Shown: positions 29,866 to 39,134 of the stretch, piece by piece
Layout: the number at the start of each line of letters is the position of its first letter
Position numbering within the stretch: position 1 is the stretch's first letter
Source of the DNA: a virus
Lineage: Duplodnaviria; Caudoviricetes
Length of the DNA: 52,734 bases
IMG/VR virus record: IMGVR_UViG_3300033155_001357
Coordinates: 1-52,734 of that record
Reading direction: 5' to 3' (one strand)
The notes under the pieces: generated by a model
Told to the model about the DNA's origin: nothing
Database searches by the model: none
The model's input: only the letters and a program-made list of their open reading frames with translations
Program-made: the position numbers and the translations under genes

Positions 29866-30450
29866 CTAAAGGTTTCTATTTTTGTTTAGACTGTCTAGGT
29901 ACTTTGCATTACTGAGTGCCTTTGCTTCAACACTCAAGTTGATTGTTGCATTATCTACCAGTTTTCTGCAATTTGCCAGGTCTGATAGTATATCTTTCCA
30001 AAATGTGAGTTCAATCTCTGCATGAGTTTGAGCACTCTTGGTACCCTGAATTGCATGTTCTGCTAATGCTCCCAACGTATCCTTTGCTGGCAGCTTTGAT
30101 CCTTTTGCTTTATACTCTGCTACCAAACTTGCGTATCTAGTTCTGTATTTATCATCGTTGGCACTCTTGCAAGCAGAGAGACGAGCTTCAGCTTCAGCTT
30201 TAAGAAAGGACGCTTCTTGATGAAGGTCCATCAGCTTGCTGTCTACTGCCTGGCAGGTTTGAGGATTTAGATCAGGTGGGAGCTTTACTTTGAAGTGCGC
30301 CTTCCATTCTGCAATAAGACTACCTGCAATAAGGTACTTACTTTTGAATGCAAGAGCGAACTTGTCATATAGTTTCTTTCCTTGTTTGAGCTGGTTGAGT
30401 AGTGCAATGGATTCTTGCGTGGTCGTGTCTTGTGCATCTTCTTCCGTCAT
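29866..30450 (-). CDS. Helical/coiled-coil hypothetical protein
   Basis: AAGGAG RBS; ORF track. Confidence 0.6.
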   Translation of the reverse strand: MTEEDAQDTTTQESIALLNQLKQGKKLYDKFALAFKSKYLIAGSLIAEWKAHFKVKLPPDLNPQTCQAVDSKLMDLHQEASFLKAEAEARLSACKSANDDKYRTRYASLVAEYKAKGSKLPAKDTLGALAEHAIQGTKSAQTHAEIELTFWKDILSDLANCRKLVDNATINLSVEAKALSNAKYLDSLNKNRNL

Positions 30451-30469
30451 ATGTGACTCCTTTAAATGT

Positions 30470-30541
30470 GTGACCCCCGCTCAAGCCAGTACTGAGCGTC
30501 TGGCCGAGAAGGGGTCGTTTGGAGACGTGTGACATCTCCTG
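30470..30541 (-). ncRNA. Compact structured leader RNA with predicted pseudoknot
   Basis: GACCCC/GGGGTC enclosing interleaved GCCAG/CTGGC and CGCTCA/TGAGCG; adjacent GGAGA/TCTCC hairpin. Confidence 0.45.
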
Positions 30542-30560
30542 GCGGGAACGTGCATTTATA

Positions 30561-31508
30561 TTAACGTTGTTCCTCCTGTGGTGCAACCATCTTGTTAATT
30601 TCTTTATAATTTTTTCCTATTTGTTCTAACACTTGAGGAATACTACATTTTGTCATTGGATGTGGTCGATCACCGTACGAAATTGCCTCTAATTCTTCCC
30701 ATGTATTGTACTTTTCGGATTTCTTTCCGCATACATTATGAGAATCGTATGGGCATGCAGTGACTCTGCCACTTGGCCACACATGGACTTTATCTATTCC
30801 TGCACTACACATTTCACCACTGTTGTTGAATGCTTTTGATGCTTCACAACAGATGTCTGGGTACATCTGTTCAGTCTGTCCACTCACTGGTACAAGATGA
30901 TTTAGCCAGTTAGTAACATGCTCTATGTTCTGCTTCTCTCCTAGTGGAGCCTTGTGCATAACTAGGTATGTTTGGTGAGCATAACGGCAGCCAATTTCTG
31001 TGGCCTTATCAATGTGAATTTTGTTGACTAACTTGTTGTAGTTCAACTCTACTCCATGCTTCTCGCAAGTTTCCTTCAAGGCCATTGCCTTTTTACCAAG
31101 AGAAGGCATGTGTGAGACAGAGAGCATAGCAACTGGACGCCAGAATTTAGCAGGCTGGAGCTTCATTACAACCTGCCATTTAAGTAGAGCTGTTGCGTCA
31201 TGCACAGTAAGACAGATGTCAGGCTGATTAGGAAAGCTCTCGCACCATTGCCAAAAGTGTCTAAGCATAGCTGCCAGCTCTTCTATCTTGCTGTCTGCTA
31301 CAACAAATGAGTTAAGAGAGATAGTGAACTGTTCACAACGGACTTTGTCCTGCTTAAGGAGTTGTAGGATTTCATCACTGACTTCTGCTTGTTGCTCCTG
31401 TTCTCCAGCTAACTGTACATAACAACCCTTACATCTTTTAGTACAGTTAAGGAATGGTTGCCACATAATGTGGTTGATGCTTACGATACCAGGTATCTTA
31501 ATTTGCAT
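30561..31508 (-). CDS. Radical SAM protein with partial SPASM/twitch domain
   Basis: CTKRCKGC; CSAG..VHVWPSGRVTACPY. Confidence 0.8.
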   Translation of the reverse strand: MQIKIPGIVSINHIMWQPFLNCTKRCKGCYVQLAGEQEQQAEVSDEILQLLKQDKVRCEQFTISLNSFVVADSKIEELAAMLRHFWQWCESFPNQPDICLTVHDATALLKWQVVMKLQPAKFWRPVAMLSVSHMPSLGKKAMALKETCEKHGVELNYNKLVNKIHIDKATEIGCRYAHQTYLVMHKAPLGEKQNIEHVTNWLNHLVPVSGQTEQMYPDICCEASKAFNNSGEMCSAGIDKVHVWPSGRVTACPYDSHNVCGKKSEKYNTWEELEAISYGDRPHPMTKCSIPQVLEQIGKNYKEINKMVAPQEEQR

Positions 31509-33277
31509 TAGTCGTCCAAAATTCCTTCGTACTGTGCGAACTCACCGCCAGCTTTGTCATGCTCTTCCTCAGCCTGCTCTTTTTTGGTCTTTACTACCTC
31601 GTCAAGGTTATCTAGATCACCCTTTAGGTCTAGTTCCTTGCCTCCCTTGGTAGTAACCACCTGATTACCAGGAGAAGCTGCTGCTTCAGCAAGTGAGCTT
31701 GCATAGCGGGCTTTGTCTCGTGCCCACTCACGAATCTCATCAATGTTTTTCTTCATGACCTTGGCAATAACCTTGGTGTCCTTGATGGCACCTAACAGTT
31801 CGAATTGGCTGATGTCCTTCTTCTTGGTTCTGAAAGCACGAGCGATGGCTTCCTGAATTGCCTTTTCCAACTCAGAGCCTGTGAAGAGATGAGTGGCGTC
31901 TACGAGGTCATCCATATTGATGTCTAGCTTGTCTGGGTCACGACCTCTCTTCATCATATGGATGCGGAGAATCTCAGCACGTTCCTCCTTCACTGGTAGG
32001 TCAACAAACATTGTCTCATTGAACCTTCGAATAAGCTCAGGTGGTAGCGCCTGAATATCATTTGAAGTAGCGATGGTGACAACGCCATCCATTCTTTCTT
32101 CCATGGCTGTTAGTAGTGTACCGAACACACGAGCTAACGTACCACCGTCTGAGAAGTTAGAAGACTTTGTACCTGACAGAGACTTTTCAATCTCATCAAT
32201 CCAGAGAACACATGGTGCGATAGCTTCGACCTGAGAGATAACCATTCTCATCTTTTCTTCTGAACCACCGACGAGGCCTGTCATGACCTTACCAACGTCT
32301 AGCCTAAGTAGTGGGAGTCCCCAACAGCTAGCGATAGCCTTTGATAGCAAGCTCTTACCAGTACCTGGTACGCCTGTGAACAAGACGCCTCGCAGAGGCT
32401 CTACACCGTACTCACGAGCTTCTGGTGTGAACTGGTCACTGTAAGTGTCGAAGTACTTCTTGGCTGAATCTAGTCCACCAACCTCATTCATGGTTGGAGA
32501 CTGTTCGATGTACTCCAAAATGTCACCGCGTTGAACAATCTGCTTCTTCTCACGCAGGAGCTTTTTAGCATCGATTCTATTCAAGTGACAGATACTAGTG
32601 ACAAGTGCGTTGTCTACTTCCAGTTCAGTAAGACCCTGGAGAGCTAGAGAGAACTCGTTGTATTCCTCATCATTATATTCTAGTTTGGTGTCTACCTTCT
32701 TTCCGCTGTGGCGCTTCTTCATATGAGCTACTGACATACGGACACGTTCTTCGATTGCATCACGGTCAGGCAGTTCGTAGTTAAGTACCATTACCTGCTT
32801 GTCAAGAGTAGGCTCCATGCCACCCTTCTGTCCTGATGGACCGTGAGCTAGCATAGGTGAGACAACAATGAGAGCCTTCTGTTTTTTGATAAGAGATTGA
32901 TACATGTCTCGCATGATACGAGGAACGGGCTGAGAGAGAACAGTGTGCCAGTCCTTCATGATCCACACACTGCCCTTTTTATCCTTTGCGCGCTCATATT
33001 CATCAATCAGAGCTAGAGCGATACCTGGCTGTTGTGAATCTTTGAAATCACCAGTAGCATGCTTGACCTTCTCTTTAGGGTCATACCTGAGCAAGCCTTG
33101 GTTACAACTCCAGGTCCATAGCTCTTTATTTTGACTTTCAGTGACCTCTTTATGCAGGGTCTTGATGAAGCGGCGCTGCTCATGAGTACACACCCAAACA
33201 TAAGGGATGTGTGCTTTAAGGAGAGAGGTGATGTGGTCCAGAGTACTGCCGAATTCGATTGATTCTTGAGGGGACAC
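31508..33277 (-). CDS. AAA+ ATPase (Ycf46-like)
   Basis: GVPGTGKS, LLRLD, VGGSE, PCVLWIDEIEK, LPPELIRRF. Confidence 0.9.
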   Translation of the reverse strand: MSPQESIEFGSTLDHITSLLKAHIPYVWVCTHEQRRFIKTLHKEVTESQNKELWTWSCNQGLLRYDPKEKVKHATGDFKDSQQPGIALALIDEYERAKDKKGSVWIMKDWHTVLSQPVPRIMRDMYQSLIKKQKALIVVSPMLAHGPSGQKGGMEPTLDKQVMVLNYELPDRDAIEERVRMSVAHMKKRHSGKKVDTKLEYNDEEYNEFSLALQGLTELEVDNALVTSICHLNRIDAKKLLREKKQIVQRGDILEYIEQSPTMNEVGGLDSAKKYFDTYSDQFTPEAREYGVEPLRGVLFTGVPGTGKSLLSKAIASCWGLPLLRLDVGKVMTGLVGGSEEKMRMVISQVEAIAPCVLWIDEIEKSLSGTKSSNFSDGGTLARVFGTLLTAMEERMDGVVTIATSNDIQALPPELIRRFNETMFVDLPVKEERAEILRIHMMKRGRDPDKLDINMDDLVDATHLFTGSELEKAIQEAIARAFRTKKKDISQFELLGAIKDTKVIAKVMKKNIDEIREWARDKARYASSLAEAAASPGNQVVTTKGGKELDLKGDLDNLDEVVKTKKEQAEEEHDKAGGEFAQYEGILDD

Positions 33278-33372
33278 GTTCCAGCTCCTTTATCTTTTGA
33301 CCAGCTATTATGCTGATCTTAATTCTAATTGCTACTTCCTTAACTAATCTAGTTAACGCCTCTTCGGCTACA

Positions 33373-33990
33373 TCAAGAAGTATCGTTTTTCCTATTGCTA
33401 ACAAGTGTTACCTCATGTACTCCTAGTACATCCATCGCTATTCTGATGGTGTACAATTCTCGGAATGTTAGGTGGACGGTCGCTTTGCTATCAGCTAGCG
33501 GCTCGTTGCTAATTTCAATTAGCTTACCACCTTTGGTAACTTGAAAGCAACTTTCTTGACCTGCTTCTTCTGTTATTTTCTGTAACAATAACAGTTGTCT
33601 ATGATTCAGGTTAGGCAAATGTTGTTCTTTAATTGTTAACCCTGTTGGACGAAACAGGTTGCTATCTAGTTCTGTTTTGACTGTTTTTAGTTGTTGTATT
33701 GCTTCAGCTCGCCACTTAGTGTTTTGTTCTTTACGAATTAGTTCTGATAGATGAGGTAATTCATATAGTTTTATATTGGCAATAGGTTTTTCATTAAGAA
33801 GTCTTTTTACATTATTAGATGCCACTTGGCCAAAAGCTATCACAATACTGTCTTCAGTTATCACATCTTGAACTTTAAACGAAGGAAGATTGTAGTATTT
33901 ACCTCCTTCTGTGGCTAGTCCAACCCATTTGGCAGCACGGGCAAGCTGTTCTTTTGTAGCCTGATATGTGATAACAATCACTTTGTACAT
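33373..33990 (-). CDS. Hypothetical protein
   Basis: ORF track. Confidence 0.55.
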   Translation of the reverse strand: MYKVIVITYQATKEQLARAAKWVGLATEGGKYYNLPSFKVQDVITEDSIVIAFGQVASNNVKRLLNEKPIANIKLYELPHLSELIRKEQNTKWRAEAIQQLKTVKTELDSNLFRPTGLTIKEQHLPNLNHRQLLLLQKITEEAGQESCFQVTKGGKLIEISNEPLADSKATVHLTFRELYTIRIAMDVLGVHEVTLVSNRKNDTS

Positions 33991-33992
33991 GA

Positions 33993-34544
33993 CTACTCCA
34001 CTACACTTGCCAGTCTATCCAAGAAAAGAAGGTCTTCCTCTAGAGCGTCTACCTGCCAGGGGATTGCTACCTTAGTGCTACAGTGTTTCTTCCCATGAAT
34101 GGCGCGAACCTTTTTAACCCACCCCTTATCCAGTCTTATCAAATTGTGAGAGACAACGCGACTGATATGCTTAGGGACATACCCCAAGATCATATCAGTT
34201 ACTCTGTTATCATTGCCTTGCATGAAGTTCTCAATATGAAATGGATGTTCTGCGATTACAACAACTGCATTAGGATCATACTGATTTGTTTGTTCCAGCT
34301 CTAATCTAACACGAGTAATGGGTTTCTTGAAACCAAAAGGAAAGAGATACTTGTCTAGTTCTTCTGGTTTATCTACAATCATTTGTGCATCAGCAAACAA
34401 TCGTGCATGATGTTGCTGTACAGGTTGACCTTGACAGGTCTTTGTGTAACCAGCTACGTAAAATTCAAAGTACTGGTCTTCAAAGTTTTCTCTAATACCT
34501 TTCTTGGAGTCAACCAAGTGCTTGATGATTCCTGCATCATTCAT
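33993..34544 (-). CDS. HIRAN-domain protein
   Basis: FYVAG, LELEQTNQYDPNAVVV, ILGYVPK. Confidence 0.75.
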   Translation of the reverse strand: MNDAGIIKHLVDSKKGIRENFEDQYFEFYVAGYTKTCQGQPVQQHHARLFADAQMIVDKPEELDKYLFPFGFKKPITRVRLELEQTNQYDPNAVVVIAEHPFHIENFMQGNDNRVTDMILGYVPKHISRVVSHNLIRLDKGWVKKVRAIHGKKHCSTKVAIPWQVDALEEDLLFLDRLASVVE

Positions 34545-35137
34545 TAGTTGCTATTCTTTTTCTCAGTTTCTTTGATTTCTTCTGTGGTTATATCTTCAAT
34601 GCCCATCTCTGTTAAATCATCTTGATGGAGTGAACCCTGTCTGAGCATCTCACGTACAATTTCCTTTGGATCTACCCCGTGCGCAGCAGCTTGCATTGTC
34701 ATATCATTAGCTTTGCTGATACGGTCATACATATCGATGTCGCTCTGTGTTACTGGTTCCTCTGTGGTATGAATCTTAATGTTCTTAGCCTGTAACCACT
34801 TCACCAAATAGAACGAGACTGTCATCATATGAATGAGACCAACTCTTATGTGTTGTTGACTAAGCATGTAAGTAGCAAAACCTTGTCCCATCAGCTTAAT
34901 CATCCCACCCACTACTGCTTGTGACATCAATGGCATGATCTGTTGCTTACAAACATTACCCTCTTCTTCCTTTAACTTATCTCCAATGAACTCAGTAAGT
35001 TTTTCAATTGTTTCTCGTACTGGTATCTCATCACCATCTTCATCTCGTAGCTGAATACTCATTCGCACTTTTCTCTTTCGGTCAATCATTACAATGCGAA
35101 ACAGTTCATCAGCAGTTGCGCCTGGGTCTTCAAACAT
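34544..35137 (-). CDS. Hypothetical protein
   Basis: GGAG RBS; ORF track. Confidence 0.6.
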   Translation of the reverse strand: MFEDPGATADELFRIVMIDRKRKVRMSIQLRDEDGDEIPVRETIEKLTEFIGDKLKEEEGNVCKQQIMPLMSQAVVGGMIKLMGQGFATYMLSQQHIRVGLIHMMTVSFYLVKWLQAKNIKIHTTEEPVTQSDIDMYDRISKANDMTMQAAAHGVDPKEIVREMLRQGSLHQDDLTEMGIEDITTEEIKETEKKNSN

Positions 35138-35147
35138 ATCTTCTCCC

Positions 35148-35489
35148 TTATATATCTTGGTATTCTTTCCTTTGTCCTGTAGGCATTGCTTTCAGTACTT
35201 CTACCCACTTCCATTTACTGTGGATAGTCATGAATACACCACCACTCTTGGTACGCATACCATATAGCTCACCGATACGGATTTGTACACTTGTGCCGGG
35301 AGTGATAGCTTCGCGAGCAGCTTCTATTTCTTCGGTAGGTACAAGGAGGGAGACGCGTACTAGATGCCTTCTAGGTTTATAGGGATCTTTGACCCACAAG
35401 TCGAAGTTGAGGAACACTCCGTAGGGGCCTTGTCGCTCGACAATTTTGCAGTCTTTAGGGATGACTCCGTTGCCGCTGGTTGTGAACAT
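35148..35489 (-). CDS. Possible OB-fold (SSB-like) protein
   Basis: Beta-rich; G.G..FLNFDL..A.E.ITPG..VQI..GEL. Confidence 0.4.
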   Translation of the reverse strand: MFTTSGNGVIPKDCKIVERQGPYGVFLNFDLWVKDPYKPRRHLVRVSLLVPTEEIEAAREAITPGTSVQIRIGELYGMRTKSGGVFMTIHSKWKWVEVLKAMPTGQRKEYQDI

Positions 35490-36031
35490 GCTTTCTCCTC
35501 TCCATCTTTGATTTCAAGTAGTTTTTCAGCTAGTTCTACTAGCAAAGTATCTTCAGTAAAGGTTATATGTTTTGCATCTACTTTTGGAAACTTAAAGAGC
35601 ATATCAAGAATGTCATTTGCTAACTCCCAATTATCTTCAGAAATTATATTTGATGGTGGAGTGTCTGTTTCAATCATCTCTTTAATCCAAACATTAGTGG
35701 TACAAACACATAACATCTTAAAAGCTAGCTGATATTGGAGAACCTGTTGTGCTGCACTGTATAAAGCTAACAGTTTTGCTCTTATCTCACCTTTGGTAGT
35801 TAATCCCTGGTTAGTGGTAGGACGATGTCCTGGTCCTGTAACTGAGTTCATCCAGTACCAGACTTCGTTTTCTTTACAAGCTGTTACACAACGAATTGTC
35901 AATGCATTTCGTGGTATAGTACGTTTTGGAGAAGAACGATGTGTGAGTTGGTTTTCAATACTATCCAAGCGTTCACGCTGTTCCTTAAGCTCAGCGAGGA
36001 TGTCTGTTAACAACGTGGTATTCTCATCCAT
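35360..36031 (-). CDS. Hypothetical protein
   Basis: AAGGAG RBS; 3' end overlaps next gene. Confidence 0.55.
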   Translation of the reverse strand: MDENTTLLTDILAELKEQRERLDSIENQLTHRSSPKRTIPRNALTIRCVTACKENEVWYWMNSVTGPGHRPTTNQGLTTKGEIRAKLLALYSAAQQVLQYQLAFKMLCVCTTNVWIKEMIETDTPPSNIISEDNWELANDILDMLFKFPKVDAKHITFTEDTLLVELAEKLLEIKDGEEKACSQPAATESSLKTAKLSSDKAPTECSSTSTCGSKIPINLEGI

Positions 36032-36048
36032 CGTTCTCTCCTTTTGTT

Positions 36049-36606
36049 TTACCAGGCTAGTGCTGCTGGGATTACTCTACGCATACAAGACTGCAAAATG
36101 CGCGTTTCGTCTCCCGATAGTGGTACCATATGTTTAGTTGTGTTACCTTCAGCGTCTTTCATCATAACGTTAACAAGACAACCAACCTTAATACCCTTCG
36201 GAGATGAAATAGAAAGGTGCTTCTGGACCTTCCCTGCTGTAGCGCTCTTTGCGCCGGGATCGTGCATGATCTTTACATCTGGTTGTAGTCCTTCCAGGAC
36301 CATCAATAGCTTACCCATGTCGTTAATAGATAGAGCCATGACAATCTTTTGTTCCCAGTCATACACGTTCTTGCCTGAGGCGCTTGTTATCTCCAAGAAC
36401 AGGGCACCTTCACGTGATGTGAGGTCGTCCTTGGTAAGACCTGGATTGTTTTCAAGCCAATCCTTTGGAATATACTTCCCATCATAATTCCTGAGTTTTG
36501 GATTGCTCTTCACATAGTAGTGAGGTCTCTGTAGGTTAAACTGGAGGGCTCCGTTCTTTCCTCCTGCGCCTTTGTAAAAGGCAAGTTGCAATGGATTCAT
36601 AGTCAT
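36049..36606 (-). CDS. Whirly-like ssDNA-binding protein
   Basis: FYKG..AL, SREGALFLE..YDWEQKIVMALS..G.LL, HDPG match the recalled Whirly motif order. Confidence 0.7.
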   Translation of the reverse strand: MTMNPLQLAFYKGAGGKNGALQFNLQRPHYYVKSNPKLRNYDGKYIPKDWLENNPGLTKDDLTSREGALFLEITSASGKNVYDWEQKIVMALSINDMGKLLMVLEGLQPDVKIMHDPGAKSATAGKVQKHLSISSPKGIKVGCLVNVMMKDAEGNTTKHMVPLSGDETRILQSCMRRVIPAALAW

Positions 36607-36611
36607 AGTAT

Positions 36612-36926
36612 CTACTCCTTATTCTTATCAGCGAATGTGCTGAGCTTAGGCTGTTTGATAAAATCCTTCTCCCAATCAGTAATCAACAGACCTTGTAGCA
36701 TAAGGCCTGTGTCTATTGTTGGGTCTTGATAATATGCTTGTCTTAGTTCTTCGACGTGTGGACCCTTCCCTTTGAAGCCTGCGATTGAGGCTCCTAGATG
36801 ATAGAGAAGGTTACCAGAGAAGACAACCATTTCAGGCACAGTAAGTTTGTGCTTATTGATCAGCTTCATAACTTTAGTGATGAGTTTACTAACTTTTTTA
36901 TCGTCGGTGTGGGATGTGGTTGGCAT
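36612..36926 (-). CDS. Hypothetical protein
   Basis: ORF track. Confidence 0.55.
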   Translation of the reverse strand: MPTTSHTDDKKVSKLITKVMKLINKHKLTVPEMVVFSGNLLYHLGASIAGFKGKGPHVEELRQAYYQDPTIDTGLMLQGLLITDWEKDFIKQPKLSTFADKNKE

Positions 36927-36929
36927 TAT

Positions 36930-37175
36930 TCACTCTGTTATCTTTGGTATCCATTCGGAATTACATGCAAAGCATACCATAGTTTTAAAGAGACCACTAC
37001 CAAAAAAAGCATTCTTTTTTATTCGAGTACCATCAGATAACTTAAGAACTTGATCGTTAGACATAAAGTGCTTGATAAGGATAATGGGATGTAATGTGCC
37101 ACAGGCAGGACAAGATTCTGTATCTTCATCACTACACATAATGTTATTGAGACGTGCTTCTAGATCTATATCCAT
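36930..37175 (-). CDS. Zinc-ribbon protein
   Basis: CPACG and CFAC. Confidence 0.55.
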   Translation of the reverse strand: MDIDLEARLNNIMCSDEDTESCPACGTLHPIILIKHFMSNDQVLKLSDGTRIKKNAFFGSGLFKTMVCFACNSEWIPKITE

Positions 37176-37187
37176 ATAAGTAAGGTA

Positions 37188-37709
37188 CTAGGCTAGTTCT
37201 ATATGATCAAGCCTATCTTCAAATGGGTCAGCATCTTCTATTGTTTGAGCTTTCTTCATTAACTTGTCGAGTGCCTCTTTTGTTTTCTGGCTCAACCCTC
37301 CCTTATTACTCACTGTACATGGACACTTTGTCTTATGCCATGCTGTACACGAAAAGAATGTACCATGTTTGCCTGTCTTGAGTTGCATGGGAGAGCCACA
37401 TAGTACACATGTTTCCTTAGCTGCATGACTATTGTAGTCAGGTTGTTTTTGTATCAGATATTTGACGACTTGTTTATGTTGTGCGCGGGCCATCTTTTCT
37501 GAACCACTATATAACATACGATCTTCGGATTCTGTGCTTAGCCAAATTGTTCTTGTTCTGAATGGCGCGTTACTTATTCCTAACCACTCAGTTAATACAA
37601 TAGCATTGCCAACACGTGTAAGGTCTACATTACTATAGCTGCGACTGTTCTGGAGTGCACACCAGTCATTAAAAAGAAGGCTCTTTCCCTCTCGGTTCAT
37701 GAATTGCAT
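37188..37709 (-). CDS. Protein with topoisomerase-type C4 zinc finger
   Basis: CVLCGSPMQLKTGKHGTFFSC..W..TKC. Confidence 0.7.
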   Translation of the reverse strand: MQFMNREGKSLLFNDWCALQNSRSYSNVDLTRVGNAIVLTEWLGISNAPFRTRTIWLSTESEDRMLYSGSEKMARAQHKQVVKYLIQKQPDYNSHAAKETCVLCGSPMQLKTGKHGTFFSCTAWHKTKCPCTVSNKGGLSQKTKEALDKLMKKAQTIEDADPFEDRLDHIELA

Positions 37710-37978
37710 TAATTAACCTCAGAAGGATCCAACAACTCTTCTTTCAAGTCCTGAGCATCATAACCCTGACCAGTAATATCAAACTCTTCCCATACAACTA
37801 GTGAATTACTTGTAGCACCTGTTGCTTCTATTAATTCTTGTACACACTGAGGGTTAGCACATGTTACAAGAAGGATAGTTTTGCCATCGGTACGATGACC
37901 AAGACGTAATGACCAGTTGTTGCCTCCGCAGGATCCACAGTTGTAGCCGATAGCTTCAGTGGTAGGTTCGATTGACAT
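37709..37978 (-). CDS. Zinc-binding hypothetical protein
   Basis: AGGAG RBS before MSIEP; CGSCG and CANPQC. Confidence 0.6.
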   Translation of the reverse strand: MSIEPTTEAIGYNCGSCGGNNWSLRLGHRTDGKTILLVTCANPQCVQELIEATGATSNSLVVWEEFDITGQGYDAQDLKEELLDPSEVN

Positions 37979-37979
37979 A

Positions 37980-38272
37980 TGATAGCTCCTAAAGGAGCAA
38001 GGCAAGGCAGGTTTTATGACTCACATCTTCAATAGTTGGTAAGATGTAAGCCCTTTCGTTTAAAATATATGTTAGTATATTCGTCATCTATGGCAGTCTA
38101 CTTGCAGATGGTCATCTGATAACCCCTTGAGTTAATCCGTGCAGATAGATATAAAAGTTTATAATCTTTACGGTTAAGCTTGGATTGTTTATCAGCATCT
38201 GGTTTTGACTCAGACCCTTACCGATGCAAGAAAGGGTTTCCACTTTCTTTAGCTCGTGGGCAGCTATTTTAG
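37980..38272 (-). ncRNA. ~290-nt structured intergenic RNA candidate
   Basis: No convincing ORF; run of stems including AAGAAAG/CTTTCTT, CTGATAA/TTATCAG, GGCTTACATCTT/AAGATGTGAGTC, GCTCCT/AGGAGC. Confidence 0.5.
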
Positions 38273-38275
38273 ACC

Positions 38276-38446
38276 TTAGTCTCCTTCTCCATCAAATTTT
38301 ATTCCACATAGTGGACATATATCAGCTTCTGTATCGCTAGGAAGCAGGAAAGTTCCTTTGCAAGTAGAACATACTGCTGCATCCTGGCTAGCTTCGTCTT
38401 CCTCTTCTTCGTCCATAAAATTTGGCTCAAAGAATGAAGATGTCAT
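38276..38446 (-). CDS. Small acidic zinc-ribbon protein (56 aa)
   Basis: MTSSFFEPNF..CSTC..CPLCG; below track cutoff. Confidence 0.6.
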   Translation of the reverse strand: MTSSFFEPNFMDEEEEDEASQDAAVCSTCKGTFLLPSDTEADICPLCGIKFDGEGD

Positions 38447-38449
38447 TGT

Positions 38450-39127
38450 CTATCCTTTTTTCTTAGCTGGAATGTGTCCAACTACTTCGTCAACTAGACC
38501 ATGTTTTAATGCTTCCATAGCTGTGAACCAGTGGTCTTCTCCATTCAAGAACTTCTCTTCAATTTGTTTCTTGGTAGTGTATTTGCTATGTTTAATCCAA
38601 AACTTAATATCCTTCTCATGTTCATCCTCCATCATTTTACTGATGGAAGCCAATCCTTTTCTATCGTTTCTTCCAAACATAAACAGTTGTGCCCCGTGTA
38701 CCATAATGGAAGTATTGGGAGCACATAGTCTCTTTCCTGGTGTACCACAAGACAACAGACAAGCGCCAGCGCTAGCACAGTCTCCTAACCCTGTAGTACA
38801 CACATCCATTCTAATCCACTGCAAGAGGTCGATTAGCGCCCACATTTCAGGTACGCTTCCGCCACATGAATTGACCATAATCTGTATATCTTCTTCCCAC
38901 TTTGGATCCAAGTGCTTAAGCAGTACATCTTGTTGGATAGCCAGTAAGGAATCTGTCTCAATCATATCTGTGATGTAGTAAATACCCTTCTTAGTTAGTT
39001 CTTCTTTAGGGTCAGTATAAAAACTGTCATCAAGATAGTCACTATGACTTCTCTTTTTTGAATCTTTATCTTTCTTCTTAGCGACCTTCTTCTTTTTAGG
39101 CTTCTTCGTAGACTTCTTTGAAATCAT
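38450..39127 (-). CDS. clpP: ATP-dependent Clp protease proteolytic subunit-like protein
   Basis: VNSCGGSV, GDCASAG, GTPGKR, SIMVH, DHWFTA.EAL..GLVDEV. Confidence 0.88.
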   Translation of the reverse strand: MISKKSTKKPKKKKVAKKKDKDSKKRSHSDYLDDSFYTDPKEELTKKGIYYITDMIETDSLLAIQQDVLLKHLDPKWEEDIQIMVNSCGGSVPEMWALIDLLQWIRMDVCTTGLGDCASAGACLLSCGTPGKRLCAPNTSIMVHGAQLFMFGRNDRKGLASISKMMEDEHEKDIKFWIKHSKYTTKKQIEEKFLNGEDHWFTAMEALKHGLVDEVVGHIPAKKKG

Positions 39128-39134
39128 TAGTGCC

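Noticed and set aside
37980-38272. RNase P RNA or c-di-GMP riboswitch identity for the structured island
   Set aside because: Only superficial motif resemblance; the conserved core sequences are not present, so it is left unassigned.
38358-38978. 206-aa + strand ORF and similar long antisense ORFs (e.g. 1560-2159, 36044-36487)
   Set aside because: Antisense shadows of well-supported genes.
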